Both the position numbers and the translations under genes were made by a program. Positions 25,403 to 37,038 of a stretch of 64,000 nt of DNA are shown one piece after another. Origin of the DNA: Macrostomum lignano (lineage: Eukaryota). The stretch spans positions 124,001 to 188,000 of the forward strand of contig NIVC01000992.1 of assembly GCA_002269645.1 (NCBI GenBank), given 5' to 3'. Below the pieces are notes generated by a model. That model did no database searches. It saw only the letters and a list, made by a program, of their open reading frames with translations, and was not told where the DNA came from. Positions within the stretch are counted from its first letter, which is position 1. Every line of letters begins with the position of its first letter.

Positions 25403-26636
25403 TCATCGAAGTTATCAGTGAATTTGTACCACTTATATAATTAATTCAACACTCACACCAAGTCAGGTAGAGTAAAAAGTCACGCGAAGCAGTTATGACA
25501 TAATCAATTTCTTAGGCAAGTCAGTACCAGTGTCTATGAAAGTTAACAATATGGTTACGTAATATAAATTCAGTACTGCACTATACTTTCACCCTCAAAG
25601 CTGTGACGCAATTCAATTGAGTGTCAAATTCAGCCAGTACACAGACGATAAATAAAGTGTATTGTGATGCAATCTATTTCAGAATCAGAATTCAACCAGT
25701 CAGATTTTTCTCTAGCATTCTTACAATGCATTTCAGGTCGAAAGAGCTGCTTGACCTTTGCAAAAAATCATGTTTTTCGAATATTTAATCCCTTTAACAT
25801 TGAGCAATTTCTTAGCCAATATGCATGTACCGTCCCGGGAAAATTTCTGATCGAATGGTGCAAGTTTGAAGAAAATCGGTTGAGCCGTTCGGGAGAAAAT
25901 CAATTACAAGCAAGCAACCAAGCATTTCATTTTTAGTATATAGGAATTCAAATTTAAATAATTGTTCTTAAAAAATTTAAGATTTCAATGCTCATAAGGA
26001 ATTGCTAAAATGCTATAGCTCTTGGTAGGTTTAGGGTTATGATTTAACCATAATGGGCTTATGGGGAATAAGTAAGATGTTGCAGCTTATAAGGAGAGAG
26101 AGAATTGTTGAAACTATTGCTTAAAATTCATAAAATAAAATTCTGAAATCTTGTAGCTCACAATAAGAGTTGTTGAGATGTTAATGCTCATGGGGAATTG
26201 CTAAAATATATACCTTGCACAAATTTCAAGATATAAGACTTCATTCTAGGGAGAAGAGCAAGCAAATCTTTTTGGAATATGAAGTTTGATTTGATTTGTT
26301 GCAGTCACAAAAGTGCCTACCCAAAGGAATATAGACAGTACATTTGATGAGGTATTTAGCCTTTATAAGACACTTATAGTTACTCCTGTTGTTTATCCAA
26401 AATTGAATTAATTTTTGCTTTAAGGTTTTTTCTTAGGTAAGTCACATTTATGGTAAAAAATAAAGTTGAATTGCCAGTGTAAATCAAGGGATTTATGTAT
26501 GTATGGTTTAGTGTAATTTCTATAAGTCTTAAAATACTATTTGTCCTAAATTCATACATTATTTTTTTTCTAGCTTTCAATCTTTCACATAAATGCTTGA
26601 GAGTTCTATTGATTAGCAAGGCTATTTCTATTTTAG

Positions 26637-26755
26637 GACACATTCAACCCACAATTGTACAACTTCACTAAGTACAATCAAGATTTTCTGAAGCAGTACT
26701 CAGACTTCCTGGAGAGAAGAGGTAAAATTGAAGAAAAATATGCAAAAGATTTAAG
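26637..26755 (+). CDS. cip4: CIP4/Toca-1 exon 2 (FCH region of F-BAR)
   Basis: TTTTAG|DTFNPQLYNFTKYNQDFLKQYSDFLERRGKIEEKYAKDLR|GTAAGT; carries the FCH R..IE..YAK.L motif. Confidence 0.92.
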
Positions 26756-26846
26756 GTAAGTACCTATTTTATTTAACAAATAATGTTATTTCTTCATATT
26801 GCTTATTATTTATAAAAAATCAGTGCTTCTCTATTTTTAATTTTAG

Positions 26847-26900
26847 AAAACTTTGCAAAGAGTTCAGAACAAAGGAATATGACAAGAAGGAAAAGATTAA
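26847..26900 (+). CDS. cip4: CIP4/Toca-1 exon 3
   Basis: TTTTAG|...KLCKEFRTKEYDKKEKI...|GTAAGT; phase 2/2. Confidence 0.88.
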
Positions 26901-26947
26901 GTAAGTTGTTATGCTTCTTATTCCTATCTGGTTTTATATTTGATTGC

Positions 26948-27434
26948 CAGCTTGACCAGTAGTGAAAAATTCCATTGATTTAGACTGGATTCTCAGCTTG
27001 ACCAGTAGTGGAAAATTCCACTAATTCAGACTGGATTCTCAGCTTGACCAGTAGTGGAAAATTCCACTGATTTAGACTGGATTCTCAGCTTGACCAGTAG
27101 TGGAAAATTCCACTGATTCAGACTTGATTCTCAGCTTGACCAGTAGTGGAAAATTCCACTGATTTAGACTGGATTCTCAGCTTGACCAGTAGTGGAAAAT
27201 TCCACTGATTTAGACTTGATTCTCAGCTTGACCAGTAGTGGAAAATTCCACTGATTTAGACTTGATTCTCAGCTTGACCAGTAGTGGAAAATTCCACTGA
27301 TTTAGACTTGATTCTCAGCTTGACCAGTAGTGGAAAATTCCACTGATTTAGACTGGATTCTCAGCTTGACCAGTAGTGGAAAATTCCATTGATTTAGACT
27401 GGATTCTCAGCTTGACCAGTAGTGGAAATTTCCA
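26948..27434. repeat. 46-bp minisatellite with internal palindrome AGTGGAA-AA-TTCCACT, about 10.5 copies
   Basis: Unit CAGCTTGACCAGTAGTGGAAAATTCCACTGATTTAGACTGGATTCT; fills Cip4 intron 3. Confidence 0.95.
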
Positions 27435-27464
27435 TCGTATCTTCTATTCATTAATGCGACACAG

Positions 27465-27741
27465 ATTCAGCGTGCAGACTTCGTTCGACGAGATGCTTGC
27501 CGAACTCGTATCGTCTGCCAATCAGCACGACACCCTACGCGATGAACTATTGAAATCATCCAAAGAGGTCAAGGACGCGCTAAGAGAAGCGCAACGCCAG
27601 TCGCAGCAGACTGAGAAGAAAGTCGCCGGCCTGGTGAAAGACTTGGAGCGCAATCGGAACCAATTAGAAAACGTCAGGAGTCAGTACCAAAGATCGTTTG
27701 TCGAGATGAAGAAGGCTCGGGAGGACTACATTGCTAATAAG
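27465..27741 (+). CDS. cip4: CIP4/Toca-1 exon 4 (F-BAR helices)
   Basis: ACAG|A FSVQTSFDEMLAELVSSANQHDTLRDEL...YQRSFVEMKKAREDYIANK|GTGCTC; phase 2 in, phase 0 out; donor is weak. Confidence 0.88.
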
Positions 27742-27837
27742 GTGCTCTTCTAAATATTTTTCTTCTGTGTATCAATATTTTACAGCTGTTTTGAGTTATT
27801 GAGGTCCGTGTATATGAGCTTTTTTGTTTCTGACTTT

Positions 27838-28112
27838 TGTCTGACTGCCTTTCTGCAGTATCCCGTCTGTGTCTCTGTCTGCCTGACTGTCTGTCTGCCT
27901 AACTGTCTGCCTGACTGTCTGTCTGCCTGTCTGTCTGCCTGCCTGTCTGTCTGTCTGTCTTTCTGCCTGTCTATCTGTCTGTCTGCCTGTCTGTCTGTCT
28001 GTCTGTCTGTATGTGTCCGTCTGTCTGTGTGTCTGTCTGTCTGTCAGTCTGTCTATCTGGCTGTCTGTCTGTCTGTCTGCCTGCCTGTCTGGCTGTCTGT
28101 CTGTCTGTCTAT
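27838..28112. repeat. Degenerate (CTGT)n microsatellite
   Basis: Direct reading; Cip4 intron 4. Confidence 0.9.
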
Positions 28113-28166
28113 GAGCCGGCAGTAACCGGCATGCAATCACGAGCTGTCTCCTTAATTCTCCGCCAG

Positions 28167-28640
28167 GACAACAAAGACATCACTAAGAACGAAGAGGAGC
28201 GCTTCCAGCAGGTGTTCCTGCATAAGCAGAGCATGTTCGAAGAGCGCAAGCAGAGCTACGCCAAGGAGCTATCGGATTATAACACAGCCCAAAGTCGGCA
28301 CTACATGGAGCACCTGCCGGAGCAGCTGGCCACCCTAGAGGAGCAGGAGAAGCGCGTTGCCGCCATCTGCAAGCAGCACTTTCAGCTATGGGGCGATAGC
28401 GAGCTTCAAGCCCTTAATATTCGAACAAAATGTTGTCAAACTCTTCGCCAGAAAGCCGACAATGTTAACGCCGAATATGATATTAACGAATTCATGAGAG
28501 TAACCGCTTCTGGCAATCCTGTGCCAGACGATGTGGTATTCGAAGATCTCGGATCTAATGACAGCATTAGCCAGCAGCAGCAGCAGCAGCAGGCGGCGGC
28601 GCCAGGAAAGAAGAATAAATTCGGCACGCTTAATAAAAAG
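28167..28640 (+). CDS. cip4: CIP4/Toca-1 exon 5 (F-BAR C-terminal half)
   Basis: CGCCAG|DNKDITKNEEERF...HYMEHLPEQLATLEEQEKR...ASGNPVPDDVVFEDL...TLNKK|GTCTGT; parallels FNBP1 TKADVEK...KSGFEPPGDIEFED. Confidence 0.93.
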
Positions 28641-28699
28641 GTCTGTCCGTTTAATTGGCGTTTATTATATTTACTCTGGTAAACCTATCAGCTTAGTGT

Positions 28700-29395
28700 C
28701 CTTTCTTGCCTTACAACAGTGCCTTAGATCTGCCTACAATCCTTCGTCTCTCCCTGCAATCTCTTTCTCCCTACAATCCCTTCGTCTCTCCCTCTCTCTC
28801 TACAATCCCTTCGTTTCTCCCTACAATCTCTTTGTCTCTCCCTACAATCACTTCGTCTCTCCCTGCAATCCCTTCATCTCTCCCTGCAATCCCTTCGTCT
28901 CCATACATGCGTAACAGTCGGCCGACCGATTTGGCGGCCAACCAAGGTAAGTCGCAAAAATGCCCACCCGAATAAATACCAAGTAGTACTAAGTAGATGA
29001 CGAAGCATTTTGGCTTGAAAAGAAAGTCATAGTTACTCCTGCCGTTTACATGTTTTTTTACATGTAATTCGCATTTTTGGCCAAAAACTACGTCGCATTT
29101 TTGTAAAAACTAAGTCGCACGGCCGACCGAATTTTGGAGGTTGCGCATGTATGTTCGTCTCTCCCTACAATCAATTTGTCTGGCCCCACAGTCCTCCTAC
29201 AGTCTGATCGTCCTTCATACTGTCTCTCCCTACAGTTCCTTTGTTTCTAACTACAGTCCCTTTGTCTCTCCCTACAATCCATTTGTCTCTCCCTACAGTC
29301 CCTTTGTCTCTTCCTACAATCCCTTTGTCTCTCCCCATAACACCCTCGTTTCCATCTACAATCCCTCGTCTCTCCGTGCAATCCTTTCATCTCCC
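28700..29395. repeat. 21-bp degenerate minisatellite (TCTCTCCCTACAATCCCTTCG) interrupted by a MITE
   Basis: Units are present on both sides of 28902-29153. Confidence 0.85.
28902..29153. mobile_element. MITE family 1, copy 3
   Basis: CATACATGCGTAAC ... GTTGCGCATGTATG; perfect TSD TTCGTCTC at 28894-28901 and 29154-29161. Confidence 0.92.
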
Positions 29396-29426
29396 TAAAA
29401 ATTTCAATATCATCACCCCTCTTCAG

Positions 29427-29642
29427 TCGGCCCCGGCCCAGCAGAAGCGCCGGCTTGTGGAGCAGCTCAAACAGAAAGACGAAGAACTTGAGAAAGCAAC
29501 CAAAGGCTTGGACGCGATGCACAAACTGCTGCAAACTTATCAGCAGAATCCAAAACTAGGCGACATTGCCATGGTGCAGCAGCAGATGCAGCAGGCGTCC
29601 GAGCAGGTTGAGACCCTCAATCGAGAGAGGGTGGATATTCTG
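29427..29642 (+). CDS. cip4: CIP4/Toca-1 exon 6 (HR1 Cdc42-binding domain)
   Basis: CTTCAG|SAPAQQKRRLVEQLKQKDEELEKATKGLDAMHKLLQTYQQNPKLGDIAMV...VDIL|GTAAGT; matches the HR1 P.Q.R..L...Y..NP..GD pattern. Confidence 0.93.
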
Positions 29643-31216
29643 GTAAGTTCTGGTGAATCTGTTTTTTTTTCAAACTTTATTGGCATGGCATTGTTGAAGT
29701 CTGTGTTGTTCTGCGTATCTGTGCACTCATACACACGCTCACATATGGTGTACAACAGCCCTGACTGTACACACTGTGGCATGGGCTATGAGAATATGGC
29801 CACGTACACAGCCCCCCTGCGACGCCAACGGCATTTACATTGACCAGCTTTGGCCATAGACTAGACAATGTGAGCGTTCGTTGTTCTTCCATTTGTCAAT
29901 TGGCATCTGAAAAAGGTGCATTTGTCTATGGCCAAAGCTTACTTGCACATTATTGATTATCGATAACCGACCGGATGGTTCTCAGTCATACGGTTACACA
30001 ACATTGCATCTTGATTGATTTTTTATCGCATGCATTCGCTGTCTATGGTGTAAAGTGATGCGGCAAATGAAAGAGTCCTTGAGATAAATAAAGATCATGG
30101 ATTGCTCGTCTGCTGCAATACTACTGACAAAATTCGAGTTCAGTAGCAACACCAAATATGTGAGCCTGCGGTTTACTAAGGATGAGCTGCGATTAAAATT
30201 AACAAGTTTAGTTTCCGGACACTGCTTGCAAAGTAGAAATCTAATTTCTACTCGAATTTCGAACTAATCGTACCACCGCGTTTTGTTTACTGTAGTACTA
30301 ATTAGTCTAAAACGATTCTCTCTATGAATATTTATGTATTAGTGCCACAACTTCTATTAATACTAGCGTATAAACCATTCCGCACAGATGCAGCATCAGA
30401 CGCTAGCGGACCATAGTACTACTAGTAGCAATAGTAGTAATTCTTCCTTCCCACTAAATCGTTGCTGTCCGAGAATTCGTTTATCGCTGTCGCCATTTTT
30501 TAACGTGACAAGCGCGACAAATAATGTCAATGAGATTAGTGCGTGTACTACAGATGTGGATGTTAGACCGGTTCGTACACGCTGAGAGGCTTCCTGTTTA
30601 CGGATATGTTTTTTCCTTTTAATACAGTTTATGATGATGTAATATGCCACTCATTTTTACAGCACTTTGCTCTGTCTGTTTCCACTCTTCCCATTCTCCC
30701 TTAGATGATCCCTCTCCCTCTGTCTACCTAATCTGGACACTCAACTTCTCTCCCTATTCTCCCTAATCTCCACTCTCTCCTTAATCTCCCTAATCTTCCC
30801 CTCTCCATAATCTCCCCTCTACCTAATCTCTCTCCCTAATCTCCTCTCTCTCTCTCTCTCTCTCTCAGTCAAATTTTTTCTTTTTCTCTAATTAAATTTC
30901 TGCGCTTCGTGAGCAGAGTCCTTAATTAAACTAAATAGCAGCCCCATTCTGGTGCCAGTGTTGTATTAATAAATAATTTCCGTGATTTTTCTCTCCATTG
31001 CTAGCATCCATTTTTTTCCTTTATTCATTTGATGCACACATATTTAGAGGCGGAATACACAAGGTAAATTTGCAAATTCGTACTGACAGTACAGGTGATG
31101 ATAACATTCAGGTATTTGGTAATTCAGAGAATTTTTCAAGCAGTGTGTATCATCGAGGTGTGAATTTTTTCTATTGCTCGCTTAAAATTGACTTATTCGT
31201 ATTTCCCACTGAACAG

Positions 31217-31320
31217 AAAGAGCTGCAGGCGTTGGGTGTTGACACTAGCAACATGGGCGGTGCTGCACCTGTGACAACTACGGCCGCTGCGCCGCCTCCA
31301 GTGCAGGCTGTTAGTGGCAG
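31217..31320 (+). CDS. cip4: CIP4/Toca-1 exon 7 (linker)
   Basis: AACAG|KELQALGVDTSNMGGAAPVTTTAAAPPPVQAVSG AG|GTGAGA; phase 0 in, phase 2 out. Confidence 0.85.
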
Positions 31321-31369
31321 GTGAGACTGTATAATACAGATATAATTGGCTTTTTTTTAGTTTCAATAA

Positions 31370-31820
31370 TTTCGAACTTCGAGTTTCGAGTTTTGAGCTT
31401 GTGAATCTTCGAACTCGTGAAGTTTTGAGCTTGAGAATCTTCGAACTCGTGAAGTTTTGATCTTGTGAATCTTTAAACTCGTGAAGTTTCGAGCTTGTGA
31501 ATCTTCGAACTCGTGAAGTTTCGAGCTTGTGAATCTTCGAACTCGTGAAGTTTTGATCTTGAGAATCTTCGAACTCGTGAAGTTTTGATCTTGTGAATCT
31601 TTGAACTCGTGAAGTTTTGATCTTGTGAACCTTCGAACTCGTGAAGTTTTGAGCTTCTGAACCTTCAAACTCATGAAGTTTTGAGCTTGTGAATCTTCGA
31701 ACTCGTGAAGTTTTGATCTTGTGAACCTTCGAACTCGTGAAGTTTTGATCTTGTGAATCTTCGAACTCGTGAAGTTTTGATCTTGTGAACCTTCGAACTC
31801 GTGAAGTTTGAGCTTGAGAA
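31370..31820. repeat. 32-bp minisatellite (AGCTTGTGAATCTTCGAACTCGTGAAGTTTTG)
   Basis: About 13 tandem units in Cip4 intron 7. Confidence 0.93.
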
Positions 31821-31893
31821 TCACTGTCGAGCTCATAAACCGCCCCTCGATCCCCTGAAAAGTAAACTAACTTCAACCCACCCATTAATCCAG

Positions 31894-32245
31894 CAGCCAA
31901 AACACCAGCAGTGCCTCAGCTTTTGCCGACGAATTCGCCGACGAATCGCCGGTTTCGCCGGCTCAGCCGCAGCCGGTGGCGACGTCTGCGGGTGCCGCCG
32001 GACCGCCGCAGGCGCCTCCGGTGCCTCCGCCACCCTCGGCGGTTGCAGCCCCGGCACTGCCCATAGTTGCTATGCTATATGACTTCAACGATCCGAGCCA
32101 GCCAGACAACTTGGCCGTGGTTGCCGGGGAACGATTGTACGTACTGTCTGGCGATGCAGATTGGACGCTGGTTCAAAGAACTGCTGGCAACACTGACGAA
32201 CAGGGATACGTGCCCACCGCTTATATGGCCGCCATGTTTGATTGA
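31894..32245 (+). CDS. cip4: CIP4/Toca-1 exon 8 (acidic/Pro-rich linker + SH3, stop)
   Basis: TAATCCAG|C SQNTSSASAFADEFADESP...PIVAMLYDF...LYVLSGDADWTLVQR...EQGYVPTAYM...TGA; NAGNAG acceptor. The eight exons total 1626 nt = 541 aa + stop. Confidence 0.93.
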
Positions 32246-32559
32246 TAGATAGAGTGACAATGACAGAACAATATCAGTCAGCTATAGATCTTATCATGCA
32301 TACTTAGTAGATAAGGCCATTGTGCGAGCAGAGTCATAGAATGAAATTCGATAAGGATGATTAAGATTTTACCATAGACAATACGCAAATTTCTGACTGA
32401 GAGACAAGCTAGTCTAGCATTGGACAGGCAAACTTGCAGTTGTTGCTAATAATTCCAAAAAAAGCTTTCTCAAACAGGTTGATTTTTATTTTATTAGTGA
32501 AGTTGATAATTTAGTTGATCAATTCGAGAATCTTTGTTACTGGAAACAGTGTGTGTCTT

Positions 32560-32800
32560 GGAAGAGCCTTTGTTGTTGGGGAAGTCTTTGTAGCTTGGAA
32601 GAGTCTTTGTAGCTGGGAAGAGTCTGTAGCTTGCGGGAGTCTGTTGCTGGGAAGAGTCTTTGTAGCTTGGAAATGTCTTTGTAGTTTGAAAATGTCTGTA
32701 TCTTGCAAGACTCTTTGTATCTTGCAAGACTCTTTGCAGCTTGCAAGACTCTTTGTAGCTTGGAAGAGTCTTTGTTGCTGGGAAGAGTCTAACTTGGAAG
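32560..32800. repeat. Degenerate 17-19-bp repeats (GTAGCTTGGAAGAGTCTTT), related to the array at 33430-33930
   Basis: Shared motif GAAGAGTCTTTGTAGC. Confidence 0.75.
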
Positions 32801-33429
32801 TCTCTAGTTGGACGTCCTGCAGCTCCAGCGGCTGATTGATCAATCTAGAAAATATAGACAAAACTTGTGAACTAAATTGTTTTTCTAGATTAAAAAAAAG
32901 TTAAGCTTGCTTTTTCGCGTATTGTGTTGCGTTATTTTAATCCTACATATATTTAACTAGACTAATTGATTCAACTTTGACTACAACAAAAGCGGATTTG
33001 AATCGCATTAGAAATTGCGTAGCGCTTCGTGTGTGTTTGCCTTGTTTTTTATCTTCTGGTTGATTTTATTACCTTTTTATCCATCAAAGGTGGTTCTGCC
33101 CGTGTGTTTTTGCAGCTCCTTCCGGTGGTTTAATATCGCATCAAATTATATCAATATATATATATCCTCGTATTAATTAACTATACATATTGGTTCTTAA
33201 TTTTGCAACTTTATATTCAAGCTAGGTATAGGTTTTTGTGCTTATGAATTGTAACTTTTACAATTGTACTTTTTGCTGCCTTAGCTGTAGTTTAATGGAA
33301 TGCGTTGTATTAAAAAGTCCCAAACAGGTCTTTGTTTCAGTCTATATAGTCCATAAAATGGAGGCCTTAAAACTGAAATATGGGTATTTGTAGAACATTA
33401 TAATGTTCTTCTTAATTAAGAGTCTGTAT

Positions 33430-33930
33430 GGAAGAGTCTGTAGCTTGAAGGAGTCTTTGTAGAGCGTGTAAGAGTCTTTGTAGCTCGGAAAAGTCTGTAG
33501 CTGGGAAGAGCCTTTGTAGAGCGTTGTAAGAGTCTTTGTAGCTCGGAAAAGTCTGTAGCTGGGAAGAGTCTTTGTAGCTCAGAAAAGTCTGTAGCTGGGA
33601 AGAGTCTTTGTAGCTCGGAAAAGTCTGTAGCTGGGAAGAGTCTTTGTAGCTCAGAAAAGTCTGTAGCTGGGAAGAGTCTTTGTAGCTCGGAAAAGTCTGT
33701 AGCTGGGAAGAGTCTTTGTAGCTCGGAAAAGTCTGTAGCTGGGAAGAGTCTTTGTAGCTCAGAAAAGTCTGTAGCTGGGAAGAGTCTTTGTAGCTCGGAA
33801 AAGTCTGTAGCTGGGAAGAGTCTTTGTAGCTCAGAAAAGTCTGTAGCTGGGAAGAGTCTTTGTAGCTCGGAAAAGTCTGTAGCTGGGAAGAGTCTTTGTA
33901 GAGCGTGTAAGAATCTTTGTAGCTCGGAAG
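33430..33930. repeat. 36-bp minisatellite (GTAGCTGGGAAGAGTCTTTGTAGCTCGGAAAAGTCT), a dimer of about 18-bp subunits
   Basis: Tandem units read directly. Confidence 0.93.
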
Positions 33931-36449
33931 TTTTTTTTCCGCGCCGAAGACAGTTTTTTGCGCAAGCTAGAACACCTATTTGTAATAAATTTATAAATAA
34001 AATTTTATACCTGCCTGTCTTTTCTACAAGTTTATATTACATTTTTATTCCGCATTAGGCCAAAAATTGGTAATAATATTTTCTACCGCTTCTCCATCTC
34101 AATAGATACATATTGTTGCCATGCACACGAGCACGCTTGCTATGCCTATCAGTATATCCACTTTGTTCCTGTGCTATGATTGTGATTATATTTTTATATT
34201 TTTTTTCTATTTCATTATCTGTTTCAAACACTTGTTTGATCTTCCCAAAGTCTGAAATGAGATATTTGTCGTAATCTTACTTAAATGTTTCTATTGTCGT
34301 CTTTTTTCGCGTTCGTATCCAAGTTTCAATTCTCTAATTTTGTCTTCCCTTCGTTTGAGAAAGCGAGTTTTTATTTTGCTTCCATTGTAAAAGCAATTTG
34401 CTTCACACGCTCACTGAATCGCTTTAAATCTGCAGTATATATATATATTCTTTTTCTCGTGGTCACTTAATGCTTTTTATAGCCTGCTTCAAAACACTTT
34501 TACATTTTTAAACCAATTTGTAGCATATCATTTGCAGTAAATTTGTGATTCTGTTAATTATTTTAATTTGTTTATAGAATTGTAATTATTTTTTCTGGTA
34601 AAAAAGCAACCATTTGATTGTCCCATATTAATAATGTACTGCACAAATAAAAACTTCTGAGCTTCTTATTGGCCACGTTTTTACGCAAGAAACATCACTA
34701 GCGAGGCCCTTTGTTATAGAGACAGCCAGAGCGGCAAACTTTCCTTTACATTTGCCTATTTGTGCGCGAAACCTCTGCCCTCAGTGTACACTCCCGTCTC
34801 CGTCAGACTCCCGCTCCAAATGTACACGCTTTCCCCCGACAAATCTCTGCCCCAAATGTACACTCAGCTCTGCCCACTCCCCCCCTCTCAATGTACAATC
34901 CATCCCCCAGTGTATCCTACCCGAAAGAAACCTTTCATCGAACCTCTATTCACTCACGATATCTTAAACAAACTCATCTCACTTGGTCTAATGAGACATT
35001 CGTATTGAGTCTAATTTATCAGCAATCCATAAAGGCGCTAATCCGGTAGTTGATATGTTAATCGGAAATCATTTTAGCTCTTAATCGGAATATATGATTT
35101 CTTGTTTAAAATTGATTTGTTACATTTTATCCAACCCAGTGTTAATGTGTTGCACAACCGTCTTGTTATTTCACTAAGTTGGTGCTATTATATATCATAT
35201 GCATATGCTCATTATCATTAGTAAATTATTTTCAGCCAACCTTTCAGGCGCGCGTCGCCTTTGCCCTGTTAGCTGCCTTTTTCTTTGCTAAATTTATGAC
35301 TGTGAATTAGAATCGTCTTCCAATTAATTAGCGCACATTGTACTTTCAGAAGGATTTCCCTGATAATCGCATGCTAATTATTACAAATATAATGAATTAA
35401 CTTTTACCCCATGCGCTTCTAAACCAGTATATTAAATAAAAAATTACTGCTCAATGCTGTTCATGGGCTTTTTACTAATGACTTTTTTAATTCATGACAT
35501 TCGCTAGAGCTATAAAGACAGCTTCTAAGATGAAGAAGCATCTGGTTGCTATGCTGAAGCATCTGGTTTCTATGCTGAAGCGTCTGGTTGCTATGCTGAA
35601 GCACCTGGTTGCTAGGTGGTTAGTAAGTAACAGCTTGGCCGATGGCTGCTCTGTTGCAGTAGAAAATAAAAAAGCAGGCAAAACGCTGCACAGATGTCTA
35701 ACCACAGAGGACACACACGCAGAATAGCAGTTGAAGCTATTATATAATTGAAAAGACAAATATGGTATGGTCAATGTAATATGTGTATATATAACAGCAA
35801 AAATTGCTTATTTGCACAAAATGGTTTCTTAATATTTTCAAACTTTAAAACACGCAGGAGTCACAACATTCAGAATTAATAAATAATTCATATACAGCTC
35901 AATTGTGAGCATTTAAACTTAGCTGCTATGAAAATGAGTGAACCAGACAGAATTGAAGAAAAATTCTACGAAAAAAGCTATTTGTATGACAACAGCAATG
36001 GCTTATGTTGAGTATTAATTATGACACACCTAATTATAATTATGATTTTGTGTAATAACAATGCCGTGAACGAAAAGCACAACACCAACAGGCAAGCGGT
36101 TCAAGTATAACAAAACTAAACAGAGACAAAAAACACGACTCGAACATTTGTTATAACTTTTGTACATTTATTAAAAATTCGATTTAATATAATATTGCAG
36201 TCGAAAACAGTAAGCTATCAGCTTAATATAAGCAGAAGCAACGGAGAGAAAGAAAAAAATTCTCAATCAAAAAAGCTATTTGCATGCCAATTTGCACAAT
36301 TAATTATTCAATTTCGGGCAAATAATTAATAAGTAATAACATGGCTTGCCGCAAGACAGATTACACCATAAATCAGATCCGTAGGAGGCACAGCAAGGTT
36401 AATTAGTTAATTTGGTAACTATTAGTCAATATCCCAATAAATAATGAAA

Positions 36450-36890
36450 TTCTGGGAGATTTCTACTGTGTCAAATATCCCTAATAGTTCCCATAATCAA
36501 CGTTTGGATTCCGGGAGATTTCTACAGTGTCAAATATCCCAAATAATTCCCATTATTAACGTTGGGATTCTGGGAGATTTCTACAGTGTCAAATATCCCA
36601 AATAATTCCCATAATCAACGTTGGGATTCCGAGAGATTTCTACAGTGTTAAATATCCCAAATAATTCCCATAATCAACGTTGGGATTCCGGGAGATTTCT
36701 ACAGTGTCAAATATCCCAAATAATTCCCATAATCAACGTTGGGATTCTGGGATATTTCTAGTGTCAAATATCCGAAAAATTCTCCATAATCAACAATGGG
36801 ATTCCTGGGGATTTCTACAGTGTCAAATATCCCAAATAATCTCCATAATCAACAACGGGATTCTGGAAATATAGTGCCAAATATCCTATT
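36450..36890. repeat. 59-bp minisatellite, about 7 copies, downstream of Pbx
   Basis: Period 59 (36541 vs 36600); unit contains GATTTCTACAGTGTCAAATATCCCAAATAATTCCCATAATCAACGTTGGGATTC. Confidence 0.92.
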
Positions 36891-37038
36891 AATTCTACGT
36901 AAAACGTGAGGTTTGGGAAATTTTACAGTTTATTAAAATATCCTATTTTTAAAGTTCTAAGTACCAAAAAACAACAAAAAACGAGAAAAAAACGAATCGA
37001 ATTCCTCCAAAGGTCATTTCAAGGTCAACACTACTATA

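Larger units (their letters stand above)
20465..25945 (-). mobile_element. Non-autonomous Helitron, copy B (about 5.5 kb), in Cip4 intron 1
   Basis: Minus 5' end (A)TTCCTATATACTAAAAATG at about 25945; 3' hairpin TGCCCCCCTTCGGGGAGCA (20478-20496) then CTAG|T (20468-20465|20464). 25713-25886 is collinear and highly similar to 4557-4731. That both ends belong to one element is inferred. Confidence 0.68.

Noticed and set aside
26948-27434. CRISPR array (also considered for the 59-bp and 61-bp arrays)
   Set aside because: No unique spacers, no cas genes, and a eukaryotic intron context.
29846-29939. Harbinger-like mini-MITE (16-bp inverted repeat AGCTTTGGCCATAGAC)
   Set aside because: The inverted repeat is real, but there is no TWA TSD and only one copy in the window.
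35620-35650. Extra terminal Pbx exon (RAAIGQAVTY-stop) after a strong pyrimidine tract
   Set aside because: Phase-compatible with a donor at 37042, but has no homology support; needs RNA evidence.
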